Positions 25,211-39,410 of a stretch of DNA of 64,000 nucleotides are shown one piece after another. The notes beneath the pieces were generated by a model. It saw nothing but the letters and a program-made list of their open reading frames with translations. It was not told where the DNA came from and made no database searches. The stretch is from Ophelia neglecta (lineage: Eukaryota), in the NCBI GenBank assembly GCA_965285935.1, contig OZ260664.1:70556001-70620000 (forward strand), read 5' to 3'. The stretch's first letter is position 1. Each line of letters begins with the position of its first letter. The position numbers and the translations under genes are program-made.

Positions 25211-26190
25211 TGCTGGTGATAGGAGCTGGTGATATGAGGAGCTGGTGATACGAGCTGGTGATATGAGCTGGTGATGTGATATGAGCTGGTGATATGAGGA
25301 GCTGGTGATATGAGCTGGTGATGTGATATGAGCTGGTGATATGAGCTGGTGATATGAGGAGCTGGTGATATGAGCTGGTGATATGAGCTGGTGATATGAG
25401 GAGCTGGTGATATGAGCTGGTGATATGAGGAGCTGGTGATATGAGCTGGTGATACGAGCTGGTGATATGAGCTGGTGATGTGATATGAGCTGGTGATATG
25501 AGGAGCTGGTGATATGAGCTGGTGATATGAGGAGCTGGTGATATGATCTGGTGATATGAGCTGGTGATATGAGCTGGTGATGTGATATGAACTGGTGATA
25601 TGAGCTGGTGATATGAGCTGGTGATGTGATATGAGCTGGTGATATGAGGAGCTGGTGATATGAGCTGGTGATATGAGGAGCTGGTGATATGAGCTGGTGA
25701 TATGAGGAGCTGGTGATATGAGCTGGTGATGTGATATGAGCTGGTGATATGAGGAGCTGGTGATATGAGCTGGTGATATGAGCTGGTGATGTGATATGAG
25801 CTGGTGATATGAGCTGGTGATGTGATATGAGCTGGTGATATGAGGAGCTGGTGATATGAGCTGGTGATATGAGCTGGTGATATGAGGAGCTGGAGATATG
25901 AACTGGTGATATGATGATATGAGCTGGTGATATGAGCTGGTGATATGAGGAGCTGGTGATATGAGGAGCTGGTGATATAAGCTGGTTATGGTGACATGAG
26001 CTGGTGATGTGATATGAGCTGGTGATAGAAGCTGGTGATATGATGATAGGAGCTGGTGGTATGTGAGGCTGGTTATAGGAGCTGGTGATATGAGCTGGTT
26101 ATGGTGACATGAGCTGGTGGTATGAGAGGCTGGTGATAGGAGCATGTGATATGAGGTGATCTAAGCTGGTGATCTAAGCTGGTGATGAGT
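25211..26190. repeat. 13-bp minisatellite with 16- and 18-bp variants
   Basis: gagctggtgatat, with gag or gtgat insertions. Confidence 0.96.
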
Positions 26191-28724
26191 TAGTGATGAC
26201 CTGGTGATGATCTAGTGTAAGTGTTATGATCAGTTGATGGGAGGTGGGTTAAATGTGCGGGTGAGGTGTCTATTCACCTGTTTTGTGAGGCTGGACCTCA
26301 GGGAGTCTGGCCCTCAGACACTACACCAGCCTCTGGTATTATCTCCAGGCACAGCACACAAGCCATCTCAGACAAGGTCAAACCCGTAGATATTCAAGGG
26401 GGATATTGATTATTCCAACATTGATCCGATGTAGCTTTGTCAAGTCAGACTCCCTTATTAATGATGACCTGTTCTAGATTGAATTGTAATCCCATTTATA
26501 CCCTTGTGAACTCGCTAGTCAGTTTGGTCCAACCTGCTGATTTTTATATTTTTGAAGAATCCTGTAGTAGTCAAACTAACATGAGGCCTCAGACATCAAA
26601 ATGCATCCAGCATTAAAGCCGCCAAGTCTGATTACTTCTCATTACGATGAATCTACAATTCTAACCGTTGTTAGCAAACAATTACAAAGTAAAAGACTAA
26701 ATGGCAAAATTCTTATAAAAACATAACAGCATCGTCTTAACCGTGACGTGCAAAGTGGCCATGATTCTTGCAATTTTTGTATAAAGACTGGCTTCAATGT
26801 CATGTTTTGATAAAAGCCTGCCAGAGATAATCTGTTTAACAGGCTGGTGGAGAGAATGCTGGGATGATGGATTGCATTGTGACCTTGTAACCGATCACTG
26901 GCTGTGTGGATTAAAGTCAGAGTTGTAATCAGTTTGTCAGTCAGGTCTAAGTGACAGGTTTGGGGCTGGCCAAGAAAGCTTGAATCCTCTCCTTGAGACC
27001 AGCAGATCAACAGATGAGGGTTCAGAAAGGCCTTGTTAGAGACTTGGAGCCGAGGGGCCAGGGTTCTCAGCCAATGCACCATTTTGCAACAAAAAAAAGT
27101 GATGCCCCCCTAAGGTGCCTTGCCTTATATTGGTACCAAGGGCAACAAGCCATGTTACAATGAAACACAACATCTTTTTTCTCTGGAACAATTATTTATG
27201 TTGGATTATCGAGGTGCATACATGTCCAGGTTGGTTCTGACTTTCTACTATATTTACTATGTTCTTAGAGGTTAGTGGATTGGATTTATTTAGATAAGAG
27301 TGCCTCATCCAGAAAAGGACAAAATGACAATTTTACACACATTTTGTGCCTTGACAGGAATCATACATTTGAATATACTAGATGCCTACACAAACTACTA
27401 CTTCCCATTCAAACACCACCCAAGTCCCTACTTCCTGGTCCCATCCCAACACCACCAAATTCCCTACCTCCTGGTCGCACCCCAACACCACCAAATTCCC
27501 TAACTTCTAGCCCCACATGTGTCATTGTATTTAGACAATCGCTGAAATGCCAACCCAAAAAGGTTAAAAGCTTACAAAACATCAAAAACTGTCAATTACT
27601 CTTCTCTAATGCAATTTGACAATAGCTGGGCATGTTTTTCTGCTCCAATGGGACCAGAGTGTGCTGACTACAGCAGAAAGGCATCAGTTCAGGCTTCACG
27701 CAGGGCTCTATCTCTATACGATACAGGCTTTTACTCATCAAGTTTTTGAGGATAAATGCAGTCAAGAATGGTTGGGGTAATTAAAGGAATGGAAGGAGTG
27801 TCATTACAACACAAAGGGGGATGTCGTTTGGCTGTTGAGGCCCCCTGACTGCTGGATGGAAACCCATTTCAATCTTCCTTTTCCTGTTTAGGGTAGGATT
27901 GCGATCTGACTGCAGCAAATGGCGAGTGGTAATGAGCAGATTGCATGTGAAGGTGGTTCCGTAATTTCATTTTTAAAGGTGATGACCCAATACTTGGGAG
28001 TTTTACTGCAGCTGAGTGGTTCAGTTGATCAAGTCAGTGTATGGGGCAGACCAGAACTTAATAAAACACTTCTTTTTTTCTGCACAGGGAGAAAAATATG
28101 TGCCTTCACAGTAAACAAGGAAATTAAAAACAAATTATTGTAGTGGCTAGGCCACAAAATAAAAGGTCATGACAAATCTGAGTTGCACAATTATACCACG
28201 AGGCATAGAGCAGCCAAGCACTTGATACACATGATACCTGATAAGACATTGAGCCAGGACACAGTGGGTTTGGGGGTCAGGTTTTCTTGTTTATGATGGC
28301 AGAACAATCAGGCCAGGTCCCTGGAGCCAGAAAGCCCCTTTGTAAAGTATCAAGGGAATTAAATCAGAGAGAGTATCTTCAATGGCTTCTACATTTCTGA
28401 AGGTTGTACTTCCTTTTATGGCTCCCTCAAGGAACATGCACATGAAATGACATATATGATGTACACCAAGCTGAAGGCGGTGCAAGGCAGAGTGACGCAC
28501 CTGACAGTACACAAGGTGCCTGTTATATTCAAGTGTCTGCAGGTTACTGTGGCACCAAGGCTATTGTCCAATGGAGTAGCTACTATAAATGAAAAACCGA
28601 AGTACCTATCAAGCTCAAACTGATACATCTTTATTGCTGGCTTTCCCCTATACTCACTCACAAAGTAACTGTAATTTCTAATACATTCCTTTTGAACAAA
28701 CTCCTTGCACTAGGGATTGAACTG

Positions 28725-29095
28725 AATCAGCATCTGCCTTGGGAGGGAAGAGGGGCACACACCTATGTGACAATCAGCATCTGCCTTGGGAGGGAGGAGG
28801 GGAACACACCTATGTGACAATCAGCATCTGCCTTTGGAGGGAGGAGGGGAACACACCTATATGACAATCAGCATCTGCCTTGGGAGGGAGGAGGGGCACT
28901 CACCTATGTGACAATCAGCATCTGCCTTTGGAGGGAGAAAGGGCACACCTATGTGACAATCTGTATCTGCCTTGGGAGGGAGGAGGGGCACACACCCATG
29001 TGACAATCTGTATCTGCCTTGGCAGGGAGGTAGGGCACACACCCATGTGACAATACTGTAACTGCCTTTGGGAAAGAGGCAGGGCACATACACAA
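28725..29095. repeat. 47-bp minisatellite, about 8 copies
   Basis: Unit aatcagcatctgccttgggagggaggaggggcacacacctatgtgac. Confidence 0.93.
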
Positions 29096-29764
29096 ATGAC
29101 TATCAGTCACTTTTGCAAAAACTTCATTACTCACCAAACTGCGAAAATTTTCAGCACATAGTACATTGATTCTATCAAGAATTGCATTATGTGGGGGGGG
29201 GGGATAAAAAAAACAACTCCTTTTAGCTAATTTAATGACTCAAACTATGCTTTTCTGTCAATAACCAGAAACCTACACATCCAACACCCTCGTGTGTGAG
29301 TGAATGACCCTAGTTAGTTGTGTTACACGGTAGATAGGTGTTTAATATCTGATCCAGTTGCTGGGATGGCAGGGAGTTATTGGCACACAGCAACATGATC
29401 GCTTTCTGAACCAAGGAATCCCAACAAAGGGCACACCAGAGATTTTTGTCTCCACAGGCAAACGAAAAGCAGATGCTGACAATCGCATCAGCTTCCCTCT
29501 TCTTCTCTGTCAATTAAATGGGTGAACAATATGGATTGAGCACAGCATAAAGAGTTTACAAGGCTCATGGGATGATAAAACTCCAGTCAGCCGCTACTCA
29601 GGCAGCCATATACAATGATTATTTGTATCCAGGAAACTAGTTGTGGGCTATGAAAGAATAACAGAGCACTTATGACCAAATGCTAGATCAATTTATGTGG
29701 GCCTATCTCATACACAGTTCTCTTACCTCACTGCTCCCGGACCTCAACTGCCAAACTTCCTCTA

Positions 29765-31785
29765 GTCTAACCCATGGTGCCTGGTCAGGTAATGTGTGTA
29801 TGTTTTTCAGGCCTAACCCATGGTGCCTGGTCAGGTAATGTGTGTATGTTTTTCAGGTCTAACCCATGGTGCCTGGTCAGGTAATGTGTGTATGTTCTTC
29901 AGACTTAACCCATGGTGCCTGGTCAGGTAATGTGTGTATGTTTTTCAGGCCTAACCCATGGTGCCTGGTCAGGTAATGTGTGTATGTTTTTCAGGCCTAA
30001 CCCATGGTGCCTGGTCAGGTAATGTGTGTATGTTTTTCAGGCGTAACCCATGGTGCCTGGTCAGGTAATGTGTGTATGTTTTTCAGGCCTAACCCATGGT
30101 GCCTGGTCAGGTAATGTGTGTATGTTTTTCAGGCCTAACCCATGGTGCCTGGTCAGGTAATGTGTGTATGTTTTTCAGGTCTAACCCATGGTGCCTGGTC
30201 AGGTAATGTGTGTATGTTTTTCAGGCCTAACCCATGGTGCCTGGTCAGGTAATGTGTGTATGTTTGTCAGGCCTAACCCATGGTGCCTGGTCAGGTAATG
30301 TGTGTATGTTTTTCAGGCCTAACCCATGGTGCCTGGTCAGGTAATGTGTGTATGTTTTTCAGGCCTAACCCATGGTGCCTGGTCAGGTAATGTGTGTATG
30401 TTTTTCAGGCCTAACCCATGGTGCCTGGTCAGGTAATGTGTGTATGTTTTTCAGGCCTAACCCATGGTGCCTGGTCAGGTATTGTGTGTATGTTCTTCAG
30501 GCCTAACCCATGGTGCCTGGTCAGGTAATGTGTGTATGTTTTTCAGGCCTAACCCATGGTGCCTGGTCAGGTAATGTGTGTATGTTCTTCAGGCCTAACC
30601 CATGGTGCCTGGTCAGGTAATGTGTGTATGTTTTTCAGGCCTAACCCATGGTGCCTGGTCAGGTAATGTGTGTATGTTTTTCAGGCCTAACCCATGGTGC
30701 CTGGTCAGGTAATGTGTGTATGTTCTTCAGGCCTAACCCATGGTGCCTGGCCAGGTAATGTGTGTATGTTTTTCAGGCCTAACCCATGGTGCCTGGTCAG
30801 GTAATGTGTGTATGTTCTTCAGGCCTAACCCATGGTGCCTGGTCAGGTAATGTGTGTATGTTTTTCAGGCCTAACCCATGGTGCCTGGTCAGGTAATGTG
30901 TGTATGTGCTTCAGGCCTAACCCATGGTGCCTGGTCAGGTAATGTGTGTATGTTTTTCAGGCCTAATCCATGGTGCCTGGTCAGGTAATGTGTGTATGTT
31001 CTTCAGGCCTAACCCATGGTGCCTGGTCTGGTAATGTGTGTATGTTCTTCAGGCCTAACCCATGGTGCCTGGTCAGGTAATGTGTGTATGTTTTTCAGGC
31101 CTAACCCATGGTGCCTGGTCAGGTAATGTGTGTATGTTTTTCAGGCCTAACCCATGGTGCCTGGTCAGGTAATGTGTGTATGTGCTTCAGGCCTAACCCA
31201 TGGTGCCTGGTCAGGTAATGTGTGTATGTTTTTCAGGCCTAACCCATGGTGCCTGGTCAGGTAATGTGTGTATGTTTTTCAGGCCTAACCCATGGTGCCT
31301 GGTCAGGTAATGTGTGTATGTTTTCAGGCCTAACCCATGGTGCCTGGTCAGGTAATGTGTGTATGTTTTTCAGGCCTAACCCATGGTGCCTGGTCAGGTA
31401 ATGTGTGTATGTTCTTCAGGCCTAACCCATGGTGCCTGGTCAGGTAATGTGTGTATGTTCTTCAGGCCTAACCCATGGTGCCTGGTCAGGTAATGTGTGT
31501 ATGTGCTTCAGGCCTAACCCATGGTGCCTGGTCAGGTAATGTGTGTATGTTTTTCAGGCCTAACCCATGGTGCCTGGTCAGGTAATGTGTGTATGTTTTT
31601 CAGGCCTAACCCATGGTGCCTGGTCAGGTAATGTGTGTATGTTTTTCAGGCCTAACCCATGGTGCCTGGTCAGGTAATGTGTGTATGTTCTTCAGGCCTA
31701 ACCCATGGTGCCTGGTCAGGTAATGTGTGTATGTTCTTCAGGCCTAACCCATAATGCCTGGTCAGGTAAGTGTGTATGTTCTTCA
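29765..31785. repeat. 46-bp highly homogeneous minisatellite, about 44 copies
   Basis: Unit ggcctaacccatggtgcctggtcaggtaatgtgtgtatgtttttca. Confidence 0.98.
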
Positions 31786-33756
31786 TACAGTTGGGAGTTG
31801 ATAGTCTGCCACCATGATAAACAAACCAAGCATCATTAATTGGCGGCATATGTACAAATTCCCCAGCTGATGTCAAGATATTGATAACCAACAGGGAAGT
31901 GACATCTACAGCAGCTGGCACCTAGACCCAGGCAGAGAGAAGAAGGTGCAGGAGAGGACAAGAAGGGGGGAGGGAGGGGTGGTGGGGAGGGTACAGGCAC
32001 ACAGAGCAGGGGCTGACAGAAGGAGGGCGTGCAGGAGAGGGGGAAGGGTACTTGCGTCTAGAGTAGGGGCTGAGAGACGGAGGTGTGCAGGAGAGGGCAA
32101 AAGGGGGATTTATGGCATCCACAGGAGAGGCCAGAGCAGGGCAGGCAACAGGATGGGACCAAGGAAATTTTAATAAACAGCACCCGGCATAGGGAGGGGG
32201 GAGGGGGACAGATTTACTAAGGGGGTGCTGGTTCAAGTCACAGAGCAATGAACTAATTTCACTGACTACATATTTCATCTTTAAATATACAATGTTCATG
32301 CATATGATGTTTTAAATAGATGAAACCGTGAACAGGTGGGGTATGAAAACAAGCTGATGATTATCTTCAGTAAAGCACATGGCACCAGACCCTGAACCCT
32401 CAGCCTGCAAGTCAGCCACCATCAGTCTGTATCTGACACCTCCATCTACCAGCTGAGAGGCCTGTATGTCTCTGATAAACAAGGCTTACTCATTACACCA
32501 AGGGATATACATGACCTGGCTTCAATTGGCTGGCTACAGGCACTATCCAGAGCAGTTGGGGGGGGGGGGGAGGGGGAGGGGAGCATGGCTATCAACCTGA
32601 CATAAAATCCCCTTAAACAGCTGAGAGAGATCATAGCCTATTGCATGTACTACAACCATCATATGCTGAATCCCTAGCTGACCCACATCCAAAGGCTCAC
32701 TAATATCTTGTTCAAGGCTGAGCTACATGTATAATCATAAGTGGCCGCTAGCTAGGGTCAGCATCGGGATAAAGTTATTATATGATGTATAAATAAATGT
32801 AATACAAATTACACCAGGAATTAAGTTCAGGGCTGTCTTCTGCCCTCTGAAGGATGATTAACATCATTGGATCCTTGGTGTCGGGGGGGGGGGGGGGGGG
32901 GGGGGAGTGGGGGTGGCAGCAGACACTTTTATTTAATCCATACTGTACTGAATATAAATACTTTTAAAATAACAGGAGTTAAGCCCAAATAGATTCAAAT
33001 AAAACCTGGCCCATCCTTTAGTGACACATACTTTTCTGGCTTGTAAGCCGTCTCTTGTGCACTTAATCTCGGTCACCAAAAATGTGTTCTAACATCTACT
33101 ACGGGTGCTGTTATACCTGAACTTGGGCTTTTAAGAGCATTGGGCTGACACCCCATCCTTTCACATTTCTTCCTGCTCATAAAGCTGGGCTGTTGACAGC
33201 CAGACACTTTCAGATGTCATTGAGAAACAGACCTTGATGATACACCAGGTGTTTCATCCTCAGGAATGAATCAACTCATGAAATGCAATAACTCACCCAG
33301 GGTAGTTCAAGCCAAACTACCAAAATAACAAACTACCACCAGTCTTTACACTTCAGGCCAAACAGTCTCACCTTTCTTTTTCCTGTATCATTGCCTTGGA
33401 TCACCACAGATCCCCTCCCTCTCCCCCTACCACCCCAATCCCAATCACCTCCAATCCAGATCATCCCCCCCCCCCCTCAAGGGTTAGACATTAAATTGGA
33501 GCACAAATGATCATAAAAATGCATGTCTACCAACATTCGGCTGTTTACAAGTACAACTCATCTACACTTGATTTTCTTCAGATATTAAGACAGAAATGAC
33601 ATCATCTGATGGAGGCAAGCAGGGGACAAGTTATTATTTGGGTACAGTAGTTTATATGTTTTTTGTTGCCCACTATATTGTCTCATTCATATTTTTAATC
33701 CATTAGCTCTGTGATTGATCAGGAAGCAAGCCTTATTGGGTTTGACTCGAGGTGGC

Positions 33757-34963
33757 CTATCTGGAAACCCAGTCTAATCCCTGTCCCCATACAGCCAGGG
33801 GGAGGACCCATCTGGAAACCCAGTCTAATCCCTGTCCCATACAGCCAGGGGGAGGACCCATCTGGAAACCCAGGCTAATCCCTGTCCCATACAGCCAGGG
33901 CGAGGACCCATCTGGAAACCCAGTCTAATCCCTGTCCCATACAGCCAGGGCGAGGACCCATCTGGAAACCCAGTCTAATCCCTGTCCCCATACAGCCAGG
34001 GGGAGGACCCATCTGGAATCCCAGTCTAATCCCTGTTCCCATACAGCCAGGGGGAGGACCCATCAGGAAACCCAGTCTAATCCCTGTCCCATACAGCCAG
34101 GGGGAGGACCCATCTGGAAACCCAGTCTAATCCCTGTCCCCATACAGCCAGGGGGAGGACCCATCTGGAAACCCAGTCTAATCCCTGTCCCATACAGCCA
34201 GTGGGAGGACCTATCAAGAAACCCAGTCTAATCCCTGTCCCCATACAGCCAGGGGGAGGACCCATCTGGAAACCCAGTCTAATCCCTGTCCCATACAGTC
34301 AGGGGAAGGACCCATCAAGAAACCCAGTCTAATCCCTGTTCCCATACAGCCAGGGGGAGGACCCATCTGGAAACCCAGGCTAATCCCTGTTCCCATACAG
34401 CCAGGGGGAGGACCCATCAGGAAACCCAGTCTAATCCCTGTCCCATACAGCCAGGGGGAGGACCCATCTGGAAACCCAGTCTAATCCCTGTCCCCATAAA
34501 GCCAGGGCGAGGACCCATCAAGAAACCCAGTCTAATCCCTGTCCCATACAGCCACGTCAGCCAGGGGGAGGACCAATCTGGAAACCCAGTCTAATCCCTG
34601 TCCCCATACAGCCAGGGGGAGGACCCATCTGGAAACCCAGTCTAATCCCTGTCCCCATACAGCCAGGGGGAGGACCCATCTGGAAACCCAGTCTAATCCC
34701 TGTCCCCAAACAGTCAGGGGAAGGACCCATCTGGAAACCCAGTCTAATCCCTGTCCCATACAGCCAGGGGGAGGACCCATCAAGAAACCCAGTCTAATCC
34801 CTGTCCCATACAGCCAGGGGGAGGACCCATCAGGAAACCCAGTCTAATCCCTGTCCCATACAGCCAGGGGGAGGACCCATCTGGAAACCCAGTCTAATCC
34901 CTGTCCCCAAACAGTCAGGGGAAGGACCCATCTGGAAACCCAGTCTAATCCCTGTCCCCATAC
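33757..34963. repeat. 50/51-bp minisatellite, about 24 copies
   Basis: Unit atctggaaacccagtctaatccctgtcc(c)catacagccagggggaggaccc. Confidence 0.97.
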
Positions 34964-36042
34964 ATTCATCGGGAGGCCCAGTCTAGCTGTCAAGTCTGAG
35001 CATACCATTCTATTATCCCTTGGTGTGCTCTGCCTCACTTTTTTGTAGCATACTTTGGATTACAATGGCTTGTGTGTGAATCTACAATAACCAGACTCTG
35101 GATAATAACCACAGAATAATGCAGAAAACACACAGAAGTCCAGGGATAATCACAAGTTCCGAAGACAGAATTGTGTGGCGTCTTTGATAAAACAAACATG
35201 TTTGTACTTATGAGCACACAGGCTGGTTTGGTGTTTTATTGAATCCCAAGTTTTCTCACCCTCTAAGTTTAACATGTATGTTTTTACCAGGTAGGTTTCC
35301 TGCCTACCACATACACACTGTTGTATTATAAATGAAGCTTTTCAAGCGCCAGGTTGGTGTGATATTTTAATGACATTGACTCCATTCTATATGGACTTTT
35401 CTCTGTATTTTGCTCAATTTTATCTTTGTTTTGGGACAATTTTGCTATCAAGCCTTGCTCAATTTTGCCAATATGCCATTTTGGCAAAACATATCTTTGA
35501 AAGGATCGTTTTTTTCATGATTAAATTTGCATAATCGCGATACAGATAGAAGCTTGTTTCTCAAAGAAGCTCGATTATCGTTATTCTGCAAATGTTATGC
35601 CTTATGAACGCCAAATCATGATACAGTTAACATCTTTGTCACTAAATAAACGGAAGCAAAAGAAATGAACGCAAGCATTATCTGTGCAAAAGATTGCCGC
35701 TGCTGTTTATCTGTCTCGTGCGTAGTAAACATACGGGGACTGAGGATAAAACATTATACTAGTTTAATGCCACACAAGCTAATCAAAATGAGTGTTTACA
35801 ACCGACCAATTATGATGATAATTACTATAACTGATTTACTAACACAGGTGGGGCCATGACAGAATGGGACTATATTACTGTCAATGGGCATGCACACCAT
35901 TTGAGCCAGCTGAGCCTCCCGTCTTTCCTCATAGAGTACATGTTTTAATGTGTATTTTAAATAGTTACAGTGGCCTTTGATACCAAAGCATATTCCAATG
36001 TATAAACCATTTGTTTCTAAAAGTGAAAAAGTATAAAATGTT

Positions 36043-36108
36043 GATCGGGAGAAGCGAACTCAGGATCTCTGGATCTGGAGGCCGATGTGCTACCCACTCT
36101 TTGACTAG
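36043..36108 (-). mobile_element. decayed tRNA-like head fragment (SINE or other repeat remnant)
   Basis: Minus strand tagtcaaagagtgggtagcacatcggcctccagatccagagatcctgagttcgcttctcccg has A-box-like and B-box-like spacing, but no full cloverleaf. Confidence 0.35.
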
Positions 36109-37704
36109 TCAATGAGGAAAGTAGGAAAGTAAGAACCTATTATTTGCTACTTGCCTGGAAATCACCACAAATCAGCAGTCATGGTTTTTTTAACCTGACC
36201 AAAGTGATAATAATAGTAATAACATAATTGTGACGGATGATTTTTTCCTTAGTGTGTTAATCATTGGTGTTGGGCCCCTAAGGAAACCTGTACCTTGCAC
36301 AATCATGTTATTGTTATTGAGTTGCAGGGACCAGTGGTAATTAATAAAACCAGCATACATGTAAAATGTATATAAATGTAGTTTATATACCAACAGTTTT
36401 ATACATGTCTTATCTTTTCAGATGTCTGTTCCTAGGGTACACCCGTACACATTACAATACACATATACAGTATATGCATAGGTCATAATCTCTCATAATG
36501 AGGCTAGTGTGGCAATATTACTTATGCCCATGCAAGGGCCTGTAGCAGCCTATATGGGGCAATGCAAATTAGCTTTTGGCTTTTCTTTGCCATGACCTAT
36601 AATTGTAATTATTGGTTATATATCCTAATGAATTAAGAATATATTCAATACAGAATGGACTTTGGTAATATAAGCAAACTTCCAGGCCCTCAATCGTATT
36701 TTCAGATATGGATATTTAATAGTTCCACCTGGAGATGACAAATCTAAGATCATTGGGCTGATAAGAAATGTGGGTGGATGTAATACATAAGCAAATGAAT
36801 GTGTGACATAGTCTTACAAAGTCAGATGGATGCAAAAAATTGTAATAGTTAAACATGGTACACGAGATTCTCCAGAAATAGTACCATTTGGTTGTCGCAG
36901 CTATCCCAAAAACTTTTTTCCAGCGACAGTAGCCCGATTGTTGTAATGCCGCATCATTAGGAAAGACGCAATAATGAACAGAACTTGTTCTAAGCAGGTT
37001 TTTTTCTCCATTTTTATCGCAATATAAGGTGGATGTTATCTCATTACTTGACAGATATTATCACGATAAGAGCTGTTGCAATGATCTGTACTTTTCAGAA
37101 GGAGTAAAAGCCTTGCCACTAAAATCAACATGGATTTGAATGGAAACAGACTTTGAGGGAAAATGTAGGTTTGCCATCAAATTTTACTCATGAAGCATTA
37201 TATAATTGGATTATGGTGTCCAGTCTTGTAAAGCAAATGGGAAATTATTTACAATTTTTGGCTTAGTTTAATGTTCATGGGTTCTGGACACTCGTCACAG
37301 AGACTATCATAGCAGAGCATCTTATCCAAATGGTATCGATTGATCGAACTATCAAGAAACTTAAGACAGGATTACAGCCAAAACTAAGTAATATACAATC
37401 AGGTACTTCTGGGGTTTATGAATGGTTGAGAAACTCAGCAATAGATGATCAACGGAACTTTGTTAGACCGGTACCAACAAAAAAATATAAAAAGAAATCC
37501 TTTGTATGTTGATATCGATAGACACTTAACGTGTTTGACAGAATACAGGGTTTGACTGATATACTGGCATCTATCTTATCAGGCTTTGCCTCAACTGTTT
37601 TATATCATTGTAAACAATGTGATTTTATCCTCTGACACTCGACTTACATTTACATGAGTGTTTTCCTAGTGGTATTGAATTGGGCCAGTGGTAGTTAAGG
37701 GATT

Positions 37705-38160
37705 ACCTGGCATTTGCCAGAGTCTCCCAGTCAAGGCTGATATGGCGTTTCCCAGGGAGACTCTGAGTCAGAGCTGATAAGACATTTGCCAGAGATATTT
37801 GGCATTTGGGTCAGGGCAGATACAGTGTTTGCCTGAGAGAATGTTTAGGTCAGAGCTGATATGACATTTGCAATGGAAGCTCTTTGAGTCATACTGATAT
37901 GACATTTGGAAGAGAGACTCTTTGGGTCAGAGTTTATTTGACGTTAGCCAGAGAGACCCTTTGTGTCCGAGCTGATATGAAATATGCCATTGAGAATTTT
38001 TGAGTCAAAGCTGATATGGTTTTGCCAGAGGGACTGGTTAGGCCAGAGATGATAAGACAGTTGCCACAGCCATTCTTTGAGTCAAGTCATATGTGAGTTG
38101 CTATGATGTCGGCCACAGAGACTCCCATGACCAGAGCTTCTTTTGGTCGGGGTTGATATT
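37705..38160. repeat. old degenerate tandem repeat (about 40 bp)
   Basis: Recurring gtcagagctgatatgacatttgccagagagact. Confidence 0.65.
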
Positions 38161-38914
38161 ATGGTAGGATATTTTGTTACAGTGTCAGTCAGTTATATGT
38201 TATATTCCTAGACCCAGGTTTCATTGGGGGCTACATAAACCGTATACCTTAAACTGTCATTTGTAATTCCTTTAAAAATAAGGTATATGCCCTAGGTGTG
38301 TAGTTACCCTTTTTATCAACCTCCTTCTGTGCACTCAAATGCTTTAAAATGACAGGTGATACTTAGATTTAACTTTTTTGGTTCTTTACAGTTCTCTTCA
38401 GATTAATATTTTTATGGTATAGGGAAAGCTTTTATTGGTGGATCTTTATTCCAAGCAATAAAAAAGCTTGCCATTCCATCCTCCTGGCCTTGATGATATG
38501 AATATCCCCAAGTGCAAAAACTGAAAAGACAATTTCCTGTCCATTATTTCACAGGACTGAAGCAAGTCATTACTGAATTCCGGCCTGAAGTCCAGGCTTG
38601 TCATCCCAGATCTCCCACCATACTCAATGAAACAGCTCCAAAACATGAAACTATGACATACAGAAACAATACATATCAAGGACAGGCTGCATTCATCATT
38701 CATCCTGATCAATGATTTAACCAGCATTCTTTTTATAAGCTTATATGAAATTTTCAGTATTAGACCTGGATTGGAATGACAGTGCCTGGTGGAAAATTGT
38801 GATTCATCGGGTTGAAATGTGCTCTTTCAATCTTGTTAAATTCCAATTAAAATTATACTAACTAGTTTTAAATAAATCAAATGTTTTTTTGTTAATCTCT
38901 AATGAGGAGTTTGA

Positions 38915-39410
38915 TTTCCTCCTTCTTCCAAAACCCTGTCTCCTCATTCCCCCCGCCCCCCTCTTTCCTCCGCTCTCCCACACCCAGTGTCCATCTCCTT
39001 CCACACCAATCACCTTCTTTCAGACCCCCTCTCCTTCTTTCCAGACCCTCTCTCCTTCTTTTTCTTTAACCTTCTATTCCCCTTCTTCCAAGACCCTGTC
39101 TACTCCTTCTAAGACCTGGTGTCATCCTTCTTCCCACAGTCTACCTCTCTCCTCTTTCCAGATCCCTTCTTCTTCTCCTTCTCCCACCAAGTGTCCTCCT
39201 TCTTTCCAGACCCTGCCTCCTCCTCTCAGATCCTCTTCCCAGATGCTTTCTCCTCCACATTCCCAGACCCTGCCTCCTCCTCCCAGATCCTCTCTCCCTC
39301 TTCCCAGATGCTTTCTCCTCCACTTTCCCAGACCCTGCCTCCTCTTTCTTCCCAGACAATATCTCCATTTCCAAGGCCCTCCCTTTTCTTCTCAGACCCT
39401 CTCTTAGACT
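38915..39410. repeat. CT-rich low-complexity / degenerate repeat
   Basis: Recurring ttcccagaccct(g)cctcctcc; purine-rich on the transcribed-sense strand. Confidence 0.75.

Noticed and set aside
25114-26145. 343-aa His/Gln/Ser-rich ORF
   Set aside because: Translation of a 13/16/18-bp repeat that lacks stops in any minus-strand frame; the peptide cycles through frames.
29135-29166. Second possible alternative first exon ATG TAC TAT GTG CTG AAA ATT TTC GCA GTT TG|gtgagt (phase 2)
   Set aside because: Phase-compatible but poor Kozak context (T at -3) and no promoter-like flank. It shows that such matches can arise by chance, which is why the 20929-20960 candidate is not scored higher.
36730-37560. 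Possible decayed transposase or retroelement coding remnant (similar patches at about 38450-38730, 40420-40760, 47300-47790)
   Set aside because: No recognisable domain motif in the frames I read; needs BLASTX against a TE protein library.
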